Positions 1 through 12,623 of a stretch of DNA of 64,000 nt are shown here, piece by piece. The stretch is from positions 150,918,490 through 150,982,489 of the forward strand of contig NC_092371.1 in NCBI RefSeq assembly GCF_030028105.1. The letters are read 5' to 3'. This stretch comes from Mobula birostris (taxonomy: Eukaryota). The notes beneath the pieces were generated by a model. It worked only from the letters and a program-made list of their open reading frames with translations, ran no database searches and was not told the DNA's origin. Positions within the stretch are counted from its first letter, which is position 1; every line of letters starts with the position of its first letter. Position numbers and translations under genes: made by a program.

Positions 1-686
1 AAGTCAATGTTCATGCCATCATGTTGGAGGCTACCCAGACGGAATATAAGGTGTTGTTCCTCCAACCTGAGTGTGGCCTCATCTTAACAGTAGAGGAGGC
101 CATGGATAGACATATCAGAATGGGAATGGGACATGGAATTAAAATGTGTGGCCACTGGGAGATCCTGCTTTCTCTGGTGGACAGAGCGTAAGTATTCAAC
201 AAAACGGTCTTCCAGTCTGCGTTGGGTCTCGCCAATATATAGAAGGCTGCACCGGGAGCACCGGACGCAGTATATCACCCCAGCCGACTCACAGGTGAAG
301 TGTCGCCTCACCTGGAAGGACTGTCTGGGGCCCTGAATAGTGGTGAGGGAGGAAGTGTAAGGGCATGTGTTGCACTTGTTCCACTTACAAGGATAAGTGC
401 CGGGAGGGATGGGGGGGACGAATGGACAAGGGAGTCGCGTAGGAGCGATCCTTGCAGAAAGCAGGGTGGAGGGGGAGGGAAAGATATGCTTGGTGGTGAG
501 ATCCTGTTGGAGGTGGCCGAAGTTACGGAGAATTATTTGTTGGACCCGGAAGTTGGTGGGGTAGTAGGTGAGGACAAGGGGAACCCTATCCCTAATAGGG
601 TGGTGGGAGGATGGAGTGAGAGCAGATGTGCGTGAAATGGGAGAGATGCATTTGGGAGCAGAGTTGATGGTGGAGGAAGGGAAGCC
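1..686 (-). mobile_element. Penelope-like element (Neptune-type) fragment, linker plus GIY-YIG endonuclease region
   Basis: ORF 84..311(-) reads FTCESAGVIYCVRCSRCSLLYIGETQRRL...PVATHFN, a GIY-YIG domain. The segment is the reverse complement of about 1000-1700 and runs off the window edge. Confidence 0.9.
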
Positions 687-699
687 TTCATTAATTTGA

Positions 700-2178
700 C
701 TTAATTAACTTTGCCGCCAACTTTCACCCTACCCTCACATTTACCTGGTCCATTTCCGACACCTCCCTCCCCTTTCTTGGTCTTTCTGTCTCTGTCTCTG
801 TCTCTGGAGACAGCTTATCCACTGATGACTACTATAAACCTATGGACTCTCACAGCTACCTTGACTATTTCTGTTCCCACCCTGTCTCTTGCAAAAATGT
901 CATCCCCTTCTCACAATTCCTCCTTCTCCGCCGCACCTGCTCTCAGGATGAGGCCTTTCATTCCAGGACGACGGGGATGTCTTCTTTTTTTAAAGAAAGG
1001 GGCTTTCCTTCTTCCACCATCAACTCTGCTCTGAAATGCATCTCTCTCATTTCACGCACATCTGCTCTCACCCCATCCTCCGCCACCCCACTAGGAATAA
1101 GGTTCCCCTGGTCCTCACCTACCACCCCACCAGCCTCCGGGTCCAACATATAATTCTCCGTGACTTCCGCCACCTCCAAACAGGATCCCACCACCAAGCA
1201 CATTTTTCCCTCCCCCCCCCCCCTTCTGCAGGGATCGCTCCCTACGCAACTCCTTTGTCCATTCGTTCCCCCCCCCATCCTTTCCCACCAATCTCCCTCT
1301 TGGCACTTATCCTTGTAAGCGGAAGAAGTGCTACACATGCCCTTACACCTCCTCCCCCACCACCATTCAGGGCCCCAGATAGTCCTTCCAGGTGAGGCGA
1401 CACTTCACCTGTGAGTCGGCTGATGTGATATACTACATCCGGTGCTCCCAGTGCGACCTTCTGTACATCGGCGAGACCCGACGCAGACTGGGAGACCATT
1501 TCGCTGAACGCTTACGCTCTGTCTGCCAGAGAAAGCAGGATCTCCCAGTGGCCACACATTTTAATTCTGCGTCCCATTCCAATTCTGATATGTGTATCCA
1601 CAGCCTCCTCTACTGTAAAGATGAAGCCACACTCAGGTTGGAGGAACAACACCTTATATTCCATCTGGGTAGCCTCCAACCTGATGGCACGAACATTGAC
1701 TTCTCTAACTTCTGTTAATGCCCCTCCTCCCCTTTTTACCCCATCCCTTATTTATTTGTTTATTTATTTTTTTTCCTTTTTCTCTGTCTCTCTTTTTTTT
1801 CCTCTCTCTGTCCTTCTCACAATAACTCCTTGTCTGCTCTCCAACTTCTTCTGGTGCTCCCCTCCCCCTTTCTTTCTCTCTAGACCTCCCATCCCATGAT
1901 CCTTTCCCTTCTCCAGCCTTGTATCACTTTTTGCAATCAATTTTCCAGCTCTTAGCTCTACCCCTCCCCCTCCTGTCTTCTCCTATCATTTCGGATTTTC
2001 CCCTCCCCCTGTCAAATCTCTCACTGTCTCTTCTTTCAGTTAGTCTGACTAAGGGTCTCAGCAGCAAAACTTCGACTGTGCTTTTCTCTATGGATGCTGT
2101 CCGGCCTGCTGCGTTCCACCAGCATTTTGTGTCTGTTGCTTAAGTTTCCAGCATCTGCTGATTTCCTTGTGTTTGTGT
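700..2178 (+). mobile_element. Penelope-like element (Neptune-type), 5'-truncated: RT C-terminus, Cys linker, GIY-YIG, pyrimidine-rich 3' region, degenerate hammerhead
   Basis: Frameshifted pieces: NFAANFHP..PFL (late RT), DSHSYLDYFCSHP..IPFSQFLLLRRTCS (thumb), GTYPCKRKKCYTCPY (Cys linker) and VIYYIRCSQCDLLYIGET (ORF 1392..1718). Confidence 0.9.
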
Positions 2179-2315
2179 TAATGTAGCGGATTTCTCATCT
2201 CTTTCTGTTTAGCAGCCAATGAGGTTTAGTCACTGCAGTAATGTACAACATAACTTATCAGTCACTCTGTAAAGCACAGGCAACACACTATACTGGTTGA
2301 GCAATAAATAATGTA

Positions 2316-2851
2316 CACACAGTAGCCACTTTATTTGGTACCTCATGCATGGTCTGCTGCTGCTGTAGCATGTTCTATCTATGTTTCCTTCCACTTCAAG
2401 TTTCGACATGGTGTGCATTTAAAGATGCTCTTCTGCATGCCATTGTTATAATGTGTGGCTATTTGATTTACTGTCAACTTCCTGTCACCTTGAACCAGTC
2501 TGGCCTTTCTCTTCTGACCTCTTTCATTGACAAGTTATTTTTGCCCACTGTACTGCCGCTCACTGGATGTTTTTTGTCTTTCGCACCATTCTCTGTAAAC
2601 TCTAGAGACTGTTGTCAGTAGTTTCTGAGATACTCAAACCATCCCATTGGGCACCAACAATCATTCCAAGGTCAGAGCCATCTAGATCATATTTCTTTTC
2701 TAATTCTGATGTTTGGTCTGAACAGCAATTGAACCTCTTGACCATGTCTGCATGCTTTTATGCATTGAGTTCCTGTCACATAATTGGCTGAGTAGATCTT
2801 TGCATGAAAAAGCAGGTTTACAGGTGTACCTAATGAAGTGGCCACTGAGTG
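2316..2851. mobile_element. Non-autonomous Tc1/mariner element
   Basis: TIRs cacacagtagccactttatttggtac and gtacctaatgaagtggccactgagtg, flanked by TA at 2314-2315 and 2852-2853. Confidence 0.8.
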
Positions 2852-3624
2852 TAGGCAATATTGCACCGAAGAATCAGATAGTTATGGAGCATGTTCTGAC
2901 CAATTAAATCAGACACTACATAATGTCATATGGATTGAATTGAATGGCAATACACTGACATAAACTATAGAATGCAATTCTGGAGGAACCAAATGAGATT
3001 GCCTTTCAGACATGTTGTGTCATTGATTGTTGCAAACACTTCAATACTTGCCTGTGACATGTTGAACTCTGCTATAATGCAGGTAAATTGTCACAGTGAA
3101 AAACCTGTCTTGCATGCTGTCCATACAGATAATTTCACCACAACGGTAATGCATGGGTAAACAATAACAGAATGCAAAATTAAGTGTAACAGCTGCAGAT
3201 AAGGTACAGTGCAGCAGGACAATAAGGCTATACCACGGTAGACTATTAGGTCAAAAATCCATCTTTCAATACTATGGAACCATTCAGTAGTCTTACAATA
3301 ATGGGATGGAAGTCGTCCTTGAGCCTTGAGGTTCTAGATAATGGGATCTACTCCTCCTAATGGTTTCTGTGCTGTCCATGACTATTCTGGGCTGGACCTT
3401 ACTCTGGGTGAGCAGATTGTCCACTTTTAATTCTGTTATGGCAGCTATCCAATGCTGCTGCTTTAGTCGACTGATGCCTTATTTTAAAGTATGATTGGTC
3501 CTGCTCCTGGTATTTCTTTCTACACACCTCCTAAACCCCATCAAACTCATAATCACTTATTCTGACTGCCTTTGTAGTGATGGATGAATAAGGCTGTATA
3601 GAATCATGAAGTTCAAAACTAAAT

Positions 3625-4110
3625 TGAGTTGAATTGACTTTATTACTTACATCCTTCATATATACGAGGTGTAAAAATCTTTACGTTACATCTGTCTAAA
3701 TGTGCCATGTGCAATTTATTAATTTATAGTAATTAGCATGTAGAACAGGACAGTTAATATAACCTAGAAATAGAATTGTATCAGCATGAATTAATCAGTG
3801 TGATGGCCTGGTGGAAGAAGCTGTCCCAGAGCCTGTTGGTCCTGGCTTTTATGCTGCGGTACCATTTCCTGTATTGTAGCAGCTGGAAGTTCGTGGTTGG
3901 GGTGACTTGAGTCCCCAATGATCTCCTGGGCCCTTTTTACACACCTGTCTTTGTAAATGTCCTGAACAGTGGGAAGTTCACATCTACAGATACTCTGGGC
4001 TGTCCGCACCACTCTCTGCAGAGTCCTGTGATTAAGGGAAGTACAGTTCCCACACCAGGCAGTGATGCAGCCAGTCAGGATGCTCTCAATTGTGCCCCTG
4101 CAGAAAGTTC
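3625..4110 (-). mobile_element. Rex1/Babar-like LINE 3' fragment
   Basis: VRTAQSICRCELPTVQDIYKDRCVKRAQEIIGDSSHPNHEL plus 3' UTR. Same family as 61373-62234 on the opposite strand. Confidence 0.75.
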
Positions 4111-4114
4111 TTAG

Positions 4115-4430
4115 GATACACTGGATTTTTTTTTCATCTCACTTTTTTCATCTCTGTACACTTTAGAGACCATTGTGCATGAAAATTCCGGGAGATCAGC
4201 AATTTCTGCGATTCTCGAACCATTCCATCTTGCACCAACAATGATTCTATGGTCAAACTTAATTAGATCACATTCTTCTCCATTCTGATGTTTGATCTGA
4301 ACAATAACTGAACCTCTTGACCACTTCTGCATGTTCCCTTGAATATTGCTGAGTTGCTGCCACATGATTTGCTGATTGGATATTTGCATTAATGAGCAGT
4401 TGTATCTAACAAAGTGGCTACTGAGTGCAT
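4115..4430 (-). mobile_element. Tc1 remnant (one TIR plus transposase N-terminal HTH)
   Basis: TIR aaagtggctactgagtg near 4410-4428. Peptide ECDLIKFDHRIIVGARWNGSRIAEIADL..FSCTMVSKVYR. Homologous to part of 2316-2851. Confidence 0.7.
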
Positions 4431-5703
4431 ATTCTGCTGCAGTCAGCACTATGCTGGGTTCATCATTATTTACTGGCATGACTGACTTTCCTGCATTCCT
4501 GACTCTGGACCAGATGCTGAGGATTCAAACCATATTCTGGCAAATTGAGCACAGATTCGCTACTGTCACATCATTGTACCATGGAAGGAGTGCTACAGTA
4601 TTGAGGTTAGACTACAATTTTATTGCTAACCTCACTTGGATGCATTGTACATCAGATCAAACTCCATATCATCCATTGGATATTTTGGAGAGAATCATTT
4701 ACTTTAGGTCAATCATATCTGTTTGATCAATCTATCACCTTGAAGAGGGTGAGGAGGTTCATTCAACTTAACGGTGTGATTCACACGCATTGTTTAACTT
4801 TACAAAGTGTGGCAATTTTATATGTGTTTAGAGGTAAGGTGAATCTGACATCAGTTGTGGGGAATTTATTGGAAGGTATTCTAAGGGACCAGAGATATAA
4901 GTATTTGGATAGACATGGACTGATTAAGGATAATCAGCATGACTTTGTGCATGGTAGGTCATGTCTAACCAATCTTATAGAATTGTTTGAAGACGTTATC
5001 AGGAAAATGGATGAAGGCAAATAAATGTTGTTAGCATAGACTTTAGTAAGGGATTTGACAAGGTCCCACATGGGAGGCTGATCAAGAATGTTCAGTTGCT
5101 CAGCATTCAAGATGAGTGGTAAATTTCATGAGACATTGGCCTTGTGGGAGAAGCCAGAGAGAGGTAGTAGAGGATTGTCTCTCTGACTGGAGGCTTGTGA
5201 CTATCGGTGTGCCACAGGGATATTGTTTGTCAACAATATCAATGATCTGGATTGTTAATGTGGTTAACTGGATCTGCAAGTTTACGGATGACTCCCAGAT
5301 TGTGGGTGTAGTGGACAGTGAGGAAGACTATCATGGCTTGCAGATGGATATGCCTCAGCTGGAAAAATGGTCTGAAAAATGACAGATGGAATTTAATGCA
5401 GACAAGTGCAAAGCCTTACACTTTGGCAGGACCAACCAGGGTAGGTCTTACACAGTAGGGCACTGGGCATTGAGAAGTGTGGTTGAATAAAAGGATCTGA
5501 GAATACAGATCCATAATTTGTTGAAAGTGGCATCACGGGTGGATAGGGTCATAAAGAAAGCTTTTGGCACATTGACCTTCATAAATCAATGTATTGAGTA
5601 CAGAAGATGCGATGTTATGTTGATGAAGTGTTAGTGAGGCCTAATTTCAAATACTGTGTGCAGCTTTGGTCACCTACCTACAGGAAAGATGTCAATAAGG
5701 TTG

Positions 5704-6392
5704 TGTAGCCCCCCCCGGCCACCCTCAGGGTCGCTCGGCTCGCTGTCGTCTAGGGAAACAGCCTCGGCCCCGCCAAACTGGATAATTCGTTTGTGTGGAT
5801 GCTGTGTGAGGTACCCCACTCCACCCAAATAACAGACAATACACCAGATGCAATGAAATGATATACAGTTTATAGATATTACTGGAACTATATAATTAAT
5901 AGAGAATAAAATATAAAAGGAAAATAAAAGGCGCCACACTTATCAAAGTTCAATCTCTTTGCACACAAAAACTGTTGGAGCTCAAGGACCTTCTTCTTCA
6001 CCCTGCGACCCCCTCGGACCACCTCGACCGGCCGCCTGGGACCAACAACGACCACACACTCCACACGAGTCTGTCTCCGTCTCCTCGCCGAATGTCCCGC
6101 TCGGGGTCCGACCCCGTTAGCGGACTCACAGCACCTCGTCCATCCTCTGTCTTGCTCTCCCACCTTCTGCCCCAAAACCCCGTGCATACAGTATCTTCAA
6201 ATACACCAAAACCATAACAACTATCCCAATTGGTTAATAGCACTCTCTTATCACACTCCAAAGCAAAAACAAACTGTTAGCGCAAACTTTCTCAGTGTTT
6301 AACACAACAAAGCCGCATTCCCCAGATTAACATAACAAAGATGCCATTTTAATTAGCCTCTGCAGTAACATAAAAATCGAAATCCCCTTACA
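5704..6392. mobile_element. Solo LTR
   Basis: TGTAG...TTACA termini with 4-bp TSD gttg (5700-5703, 6393-6396). It splits a CR1 sequence that rejoins cleanly. Confidence 0.85.
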
Positions 6393-6510
6393 GTTGAAAG
6401 AGTGCAGAAGAATTTACAAGGATGTTGCCAGGTTTGGAGGACCTGAGTTATAAGGAATGATTGAATCGGTTAGGTTAGTATTCTTTAGAACTTAGAAGAT
6501 TGAGAGTATA

Positions 6511-8190
6511 GAAACATAGAACATAGGTGCCGGAGTAGGCCATTCGGCCCTTCGAGCCTGCACGGCCATTCAGTATGATCATGGCTGATCATCCAACTCA
6601 GAACCTTGTACCTGCCTTCTTTCCATACCCCCTGATCCCTTTAGCCACAAGGGCCATATCTAACTCCCTCTTAGATATAGCCAATGAACTGGCCTCAACT
6701 GTTTCCTGTGGCAGAGAATTCCACAGATTCACCACTCTTTGTGTGAAGAAGTTTTTCCTAATCTCGGTCCTGAAAGGCTTCCCCTTTATCCTTAAACTGT
6801 GACCCCTTGTTCTAGACTTCCCCAACATCGGGAACAATCTTCCTGCATCTAGCCTGTCCAATCCCTTTAGAATTTTATACGTTTCAATAAGATCCCCCCC
6901 TCAGTCTTCTAAATTCCAGCGAGTATAAGCCTAGTCAATCCAGTCTTTCTTCATATGAAAGTCCTGCCATCCCAGGAATCAATCTGGTGAACCTTCTTTG
7001 TACTTCCTCTATGGCAAGAATGTCTTTCCTCAGATTAGGGGACCAAAACTGCACACAATACTCCAGGTGTGGTCGCACCAAGGCCTTGTACAACTGCAGC
7101 AGTACCTCCCTTCTCCTGTACTCGAATCCTCTTGCTATGAATGCCAACATACCATTCACCTTTTTCACCGCCTGCTGTACCTGCATGCCCACTTTCAATG
7201 ACTGGTGTACAATGATACTCAGGTCTCGTTGCACCTCCCCTTTTCCTAATTGTCCACCATTCAGATAATAATCTGTTTTCCTGTTCTTGCCACCAAAGTG
7301 GATAACCTCACATTTATCCACATTAAATTGCATCTGCCATGAATTTGCCCACTCACCTAACCTATCCAAGTCACCCTGCATCCTCTTAGCATCCTCCTCA
7401 CAGCTAACACTGCCGCCCAGCTTCGTGTCATCTGCAAACTTGGAGATGCTGCATTTAATTTCCTCGTCTAAGTCATTAATATATATTGTAAACAACTGAT
7501 GTCCCAGCACTGAGCCTTGCGGTACCCCACTAGTCACTGCCTACCATTCTGAAAAGGTCCCGTTCATTCCCACTCTTTGCTTCCTGTCTGCCAACCAATT
7601 CTCTATCCACATCAATACCATACCCCCAATACTGTGTGCTTTAAGTTTGCACACTAATTTCCAGTGTGGGACCTTGTCAAAAGCCTTTTGAAAATCCGAA
7701 TATATCACATCCACTGGTTCTCCCCTATCCATTCTACTAGGTACATCTCAAAAAATTCTATAAGATTCGTCAGACATGATTTTCCTTTCACAAATCCATG
7801 CTGACTTTGTCCGATGATTTCACTGCTTTCCAAATGTGCTGTTGTCACATCTTTGATAACTGACTCTAGCATTTTCCCCACCACCGACGTTAGGCTAACC
7901 GGTCTATAATTCCCTGGTTTCTCTCTCCCTCCTTTTTTAAAAAGCAGGGTTACATTAGCCACCGTCCAATCCTCAGGAACTAATCCAGAATCTAAAGAGT
8001 TTTGAAAAATCATAACGAATGCATCCACTATTTCTTGGGCTACTTCCTTAAGCACTCTGGGATGCAGACCATCTGGCCCTGGGGATTTATCTGCCTTTAA
8101 TCCCTTCAATTTACCTTACACCACTTCCCTACTAACATGTATTTCCCTCAGTTTCTCCATCTCACTAGACCCTTGGCCCCCTAATATTTC
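6511..8190 (-). mobile_element. Young 5'-truncated CR1 LINE (RT domain)
   Basis: [53 protein letters not shown] and ttctatgt tail. Frameshifted. Confidence 0.95.
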
Positions 8191-8687
8191 CTATAGATAA
8201 TGCAAGCAGTCTTTTTTCCATTGAGGTTGGGTGGGAGCACAACCAGAGGTCATGGGTTAAGGGTGAAAGGTGAGAAGTTTAATGGGAACATGAAAGGAAT
8301 CTTCTTCACTCAGAGTGTTGTGAGAGTGTGGAATGAACTGCCAGCACAAGTAGTGCATACGAGCTTGATTTCAACATTTAAGAGAAGTTTGGATAGGTAC
8401 ATAGATAGTAGGGGTTTGGAGGGCTTTGGTTCCGACGCAGGTTGATGGGCGTAGGCAGTTTAAATGGGTTTGGCATGGGCTTTTTCAGTGCTGTACTTCT
8501 GTATGGCTCTATGACTCCAGCATTGTCCTGTACATCCTTCACTCTGTCATCATTATTAAGTGATTGATTGAGAGATAATTTACTGGGATTCAAAACAAGC
8601 CTTACCTGAGAGCTGAGGCCTATTTTTGAATTCAGATTAAAGGCCTTATGTTACTATAGCAGCTACTCAGGAAACTGAAGTGTCCAT

Positions 8688-11287
8688 TGTTACATGCTCA
8701 AGGAGATCTGTTTTTTTGTGAGAATGCTGTAATGGTCTTTTGGAGGTCACCTGATAGAAAAACAGAGAAAACATAGAAAATAGGTGCAGGAGTAGGCCAT
8801 TCGGCCCTTCGAGCCTGCACCGCCATTCATTATGATCATGGCTGATCATCCAACTCAGAACCCCGCCCCAACCTTCCCTCCATACCCCCTGACCCCCGTA
8901 GCCACAAGGGCCATATCTAACTCCCTCTTAAATATAGCCAATGAACTGGCCTCAACTGTTTCCTGTGGCAGAGAATTCCACAGATTCACCACTCTCTGTG
9001 TGAAGAAGTTTTTCCTAATCTTGGTCCTAAAAGGCTTCCCCTCTATCCTCAAACTGTGGCCCCTCGTTCTGGACTTCCCCAACATCGGGAATAATTTTCC
9101 TGCATCTAGCCTGTCCAATCCCTTTAGGATCTTATACGTTTCAATCAGATCCCCCCTCAATCTTTTAAATTCCAGCGAGTACAAGCCCAATTCATCCAGT
9201 CTTTCTTCATATGAAAGTCCTGCCATCCCAGGAATCAATCTGGTGAACCTTCTTTGTACTCCCTCTATGGCAAGGATGTCTTTCCTCAGATTAGGGGACC
9301 AAAACTGCACACAATACTCCAGGTGTGGTCTCACCAAGGCCTTGTACAACTGCAGTAGTACCTCCCTGCTCCTGTACTTGAATCCTCTCGCTATAAATGC
9401 CAGCATACCATTCGCCTTTTTCACCGCCTGCTGTACCTGCATGCCCACTTTCAATGACTGGTGTATAATGACACCCAGGTCTCGTTGCACCTCCCCTTTT
9501 CCTAATTGGCCACCATTCAGATAATAATCTGTTTTCCTATTTTTGCCACCAAAGTGGATAACTTCACATTTATCCACATTAAATTGCATCTGCCATGAAC
9601 TTGTCCACTCACCCAACCTATCCAAGTCACCCTGCATCCTCTTAGCATCCTCCTCACAACTAACACTGCCACCCAGCTTCGTGTCATCTGCAAACTAGGA
9701 GATGCTGCATTTAATTCCCTCATCCAAGTCATTAATATATATTGTAAACAACTGGGGTCCCAGCACTGAGCCTTGCGGTACCCCACTAGTCACCGCCTGC
9801 CATTCTGAAAAGGTCCCGTTTATTCCCACTCTTTGCTTCCTGTCTGCTAACCAATTCTCCACCCACACCAATACCTTACCCCCAATACCGTGTGCTTTAA
9901 GTTTGCACACTAATCTCCTGTGTGGGACCTTGTCAAAAGCCTTTTGAAAATCCAAATATACCACATCCACTGGTTCTCCCCTATCCACTCTACTAGTTAC
10001 ATCCTCAAAAAATTCTATGAGATTCGTCAGACATGATTTTCCTTTCATAAATCCATGCTGACTTTGTCCGATGATTTCACAGCTTTCCAAATGTGCTGTT
10101 ATCACATCCTTGATAACTGACTCCAGCAGTTTCCCCAGCACCGACGTTAGGCTTATCTGTCTATAATTCCCCGGTTTCTCTCTCCCTCCTTTTTTAAAAA
10201 GTGGAGTTACATTAGCCACCCTCCAATCCTCAGGAACTAGTCCAGAATCTAACGAGTTTTGAAAAATTATCACTAATGCATCCACTATTTCTTGGGCTAC
10301 TCCCTTAAGCACTCTAGGATGCAGACCATCTGGCCCTGGGGATTTATCTGCCTTCAATCCCTTCAATTTACCTAACACCACTTCCCTACTAACATGTATT
10401 TTGCTCAGTTCCTCCATCTCACTGGACCCTCTGTCCCCTACTATTTCTGGAAGATTATTTATGTCCTCCTTAGTGAAGATGATGTGATTTTCCCGCCGAT
10501 GTGAGGTCACGTGATGACACGTGCCCCATGACTATATAAGGGTCGACTCAGGTGACGCAGTGGGTTTTGGAGTTTGTAGATTTCCAGGTAGAACGTGTTG
10601 TGCCTCCGTTTCTGTTGCGTGTTTGTTTTTGTGACGCAGTTTCATTTTTAAAACGGAAGGTGCGATCTCTTACAAGATATTGTATTTGGACTGGAAATTT
10701 GTGGCTGGAAGTGCCAATTTACTCAATTCCAACAGTTTTGAAGGGAGAGTGAAGAATTCATCAAAGTGAAGGATCGAGAGAAGTCGGCATCGGTTTAGCA
10801 GTTTAATAAAGGATCGACCTTATTGAGTCTTCGTTGAAGAGAACCTGCATTGAGATAACTCTTGCAATAGCGCAATGAGTTCATGCACAAAGGCTCTCTC
10901 TCTCTAAACAATTTAAGGTCAGTTGATTTAAACTGTTTATTTTCGACATCGGGAATCCTGTGGAAGGAACCAGCAGTAAAGGTGCGTCGGTGAAGAAATC
11001 TTTCTCCAGAGAAGTCTCTCCCAATTGAATGTGTAAAACTGTTGGACTTTCGAAGTTATTGCTTTAAGAACTATATCTGACTGTATTGCTTTAAGAACTG
11101 TTTTCGCATTTAACACTTTAAGAACCAGAGCCGAGTGGAGTTGATGAACGGCTGCGTACCTGTTTAACCTCCGGTTAAAGTTTTCCTTTGTTTTTTTTCC
11201 CTTATCGTTTATATCTGTTTAATAAATGTTTGGTTGTTTTCATAAAACCAGTCTCGATTAATATTCATTGTTGCCGATTACGTAACA
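8688..11287 (+). mobile_element. Solo LTR split by a CR1 insertion (pieces 8688-8755 and 10480-11287)
   Basis: TGTTAC...GTAACA termini with TSD ccat (8684-8687, 11288-11291). TATA-like tatataa near 10533 and AATAAA at 11221. Confidence 0.8.
8756..10479 (-). mobile_element. Young 5'-truncated CR1 LINE (RT domain)
   Basis: ORFs 9695..10510 and 8855..9637 cover the CR1 RT with one in-frame stop between them. Probable TSD tgat (8752-8755, 10480-10483). Confidence 0.95.
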
Positions 11288-11852
11288 CCATCTTGTTTCA
11301 GTGCTTCATGCAGAGATCTTCAAACAAGTGCAGCCTAACTAGTCAGCAGCATCAAGATCATATACAACACCTTCCTAATTGATTTCCTCTTAGGTAATTC
11401 CCAACCTGGAGCATCTCCCTAACTCAGTGTTCAAAGTTCTAAGTACATTTATTATCAAAATATGTAACAATTATACAACCTTGAGGCTCGTCTCCTTACA
11501 GGCAGCTACAAAGCAAAAAAAAACCCAGAAAGAACCCATTAAAAAAGATTAACAAACACCCCCTGTGCACCAAAAAATACAAACCGTGCAAACAATAAAA
11601 GCAAGCCAATAGCATTCAGAACGAAAGTGAGTCCATGGACACAAGCCCGGAGCAGCCAAAGCAGGCCCGCAGCCTCAGCCTCAGTTCATCACACTGCAGA
11701 GCATATTGATGTGCACACTCCCTCTCAACTATCAAACTGCCTGAGGGCCTCTCCCCCTCTTTCAGTCTTCCCCACAAATTCTCCTCACCTTGCAGTCCTT
11801 TCCTTGATCATCCACATTGTGCCTTATAGATCATAAGTCCATAAAACCAAAA

Positions 11853-12623
11853 GCAGACATCCCACCCTGCAAAAACTCATTTCAGGGAGGTAGCACCATC
11901 AATTTGCGGGAGACTTCCGGGAGAGGTGGGATATCTGCAATAGAGTAGCTCCTTAGCAGCTAGCCAGCTAGTTTAAATAACATTAGCTATGCTAATGAAC
12001 GAATGACACCTTTTAAACTCACCTCAACATGTCTTTTACAGTCTTAACCCACCATGGGCAATAGAAAAGTCACTGTTGCAAACAGTGCAGCGAGCAACAC
12101 TGTCATTATTTTTGACCCCTATTAGGCAGGGGTACACTTTAGTGTAGTCTGGGGTGATGTACGTTTTATATTTTTTTTTGGAACACTCTTCCGCTCTGAC
12201 TTTTTTTGGAACTCTCTTGCTGTTGTTCTTGCTCTTGCTCTCTCTCTATCGCGCGTGTGCGCTCTCTCGCTCGTGGTCGCTCTCACTCGCGCTTGCTTTC
12301 TCGCTCTCGCTCTCGCTTGCTCTCTCTCTTGCTCTCTCGCGTTTGCTTTCTCGCTCTCACTCTCTCTCACACTTGTTTTCTCGCTGTCTCTTGCGCTGTC
12401 TCTCTCGTGGTCGCTCTCACTCGCGCTCGCTCGCTCATGCTTGCTCTCTCGCGCATGCTTTCTTGCTCTTGCGCTCACTCTCTCTCTCTTTCTCGCACAT
12501 TCTCTCAAGCTCGCTCTCAAAAAAATCAATTTCCAGGACATTGTATATAATTTGTGGGCATCAGGGAGCCACTATTAATTTGTGGGAGATTTCTGGAACT
12601 TCCGAGAGAGGTGGGATGTCTGC
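11853..12623. mobile_element. Non-autonomous TIR element with internal CT/CG microsatellite, superfamily unassigned
   Basis: 14-bp TIR gcagacatcccacc / ggtgggatgtctgc, A-runs on both flanks, and an extra right-end copy ending at 11938. Confidence 0.7.
12210..12520. repeat. Degenerate (CT)n/(CTCG)n microsatellite
   Basis: Directly visible. It explains the low-complexity S/L/R and R/E/A ORFs here. Confidence 0.9.

Larger units (their letters stand above)
4840..8515 (+). mobile_element. Old CR1 LINE (RT to 3' end), interrupted by a solo LTR and a younger CR1
   Basis: [39 protein letters not shown] and KFTDDS, then FFPLRLGGSTTRGHGLRVKGEKF at 8200. Pieces lie at 4840-5703, 6393-6510 and 8191-8515. 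Confidence 0.85.

Noticed and set aside
8832-9524. 230-aa plus-strand ORF, with similar ones at 14726, 6987 and 51204
   Set aside because: These are antisense shadows of CR1 RT, recurring in each copy.
6511-10479. Bacterial retron, group II intron or DGR reverse transcriptase system
   Set aside because: The motifs ([19 protein letters not shown]) and microsatellite tails are those of vertebrate CR1 LINEs.
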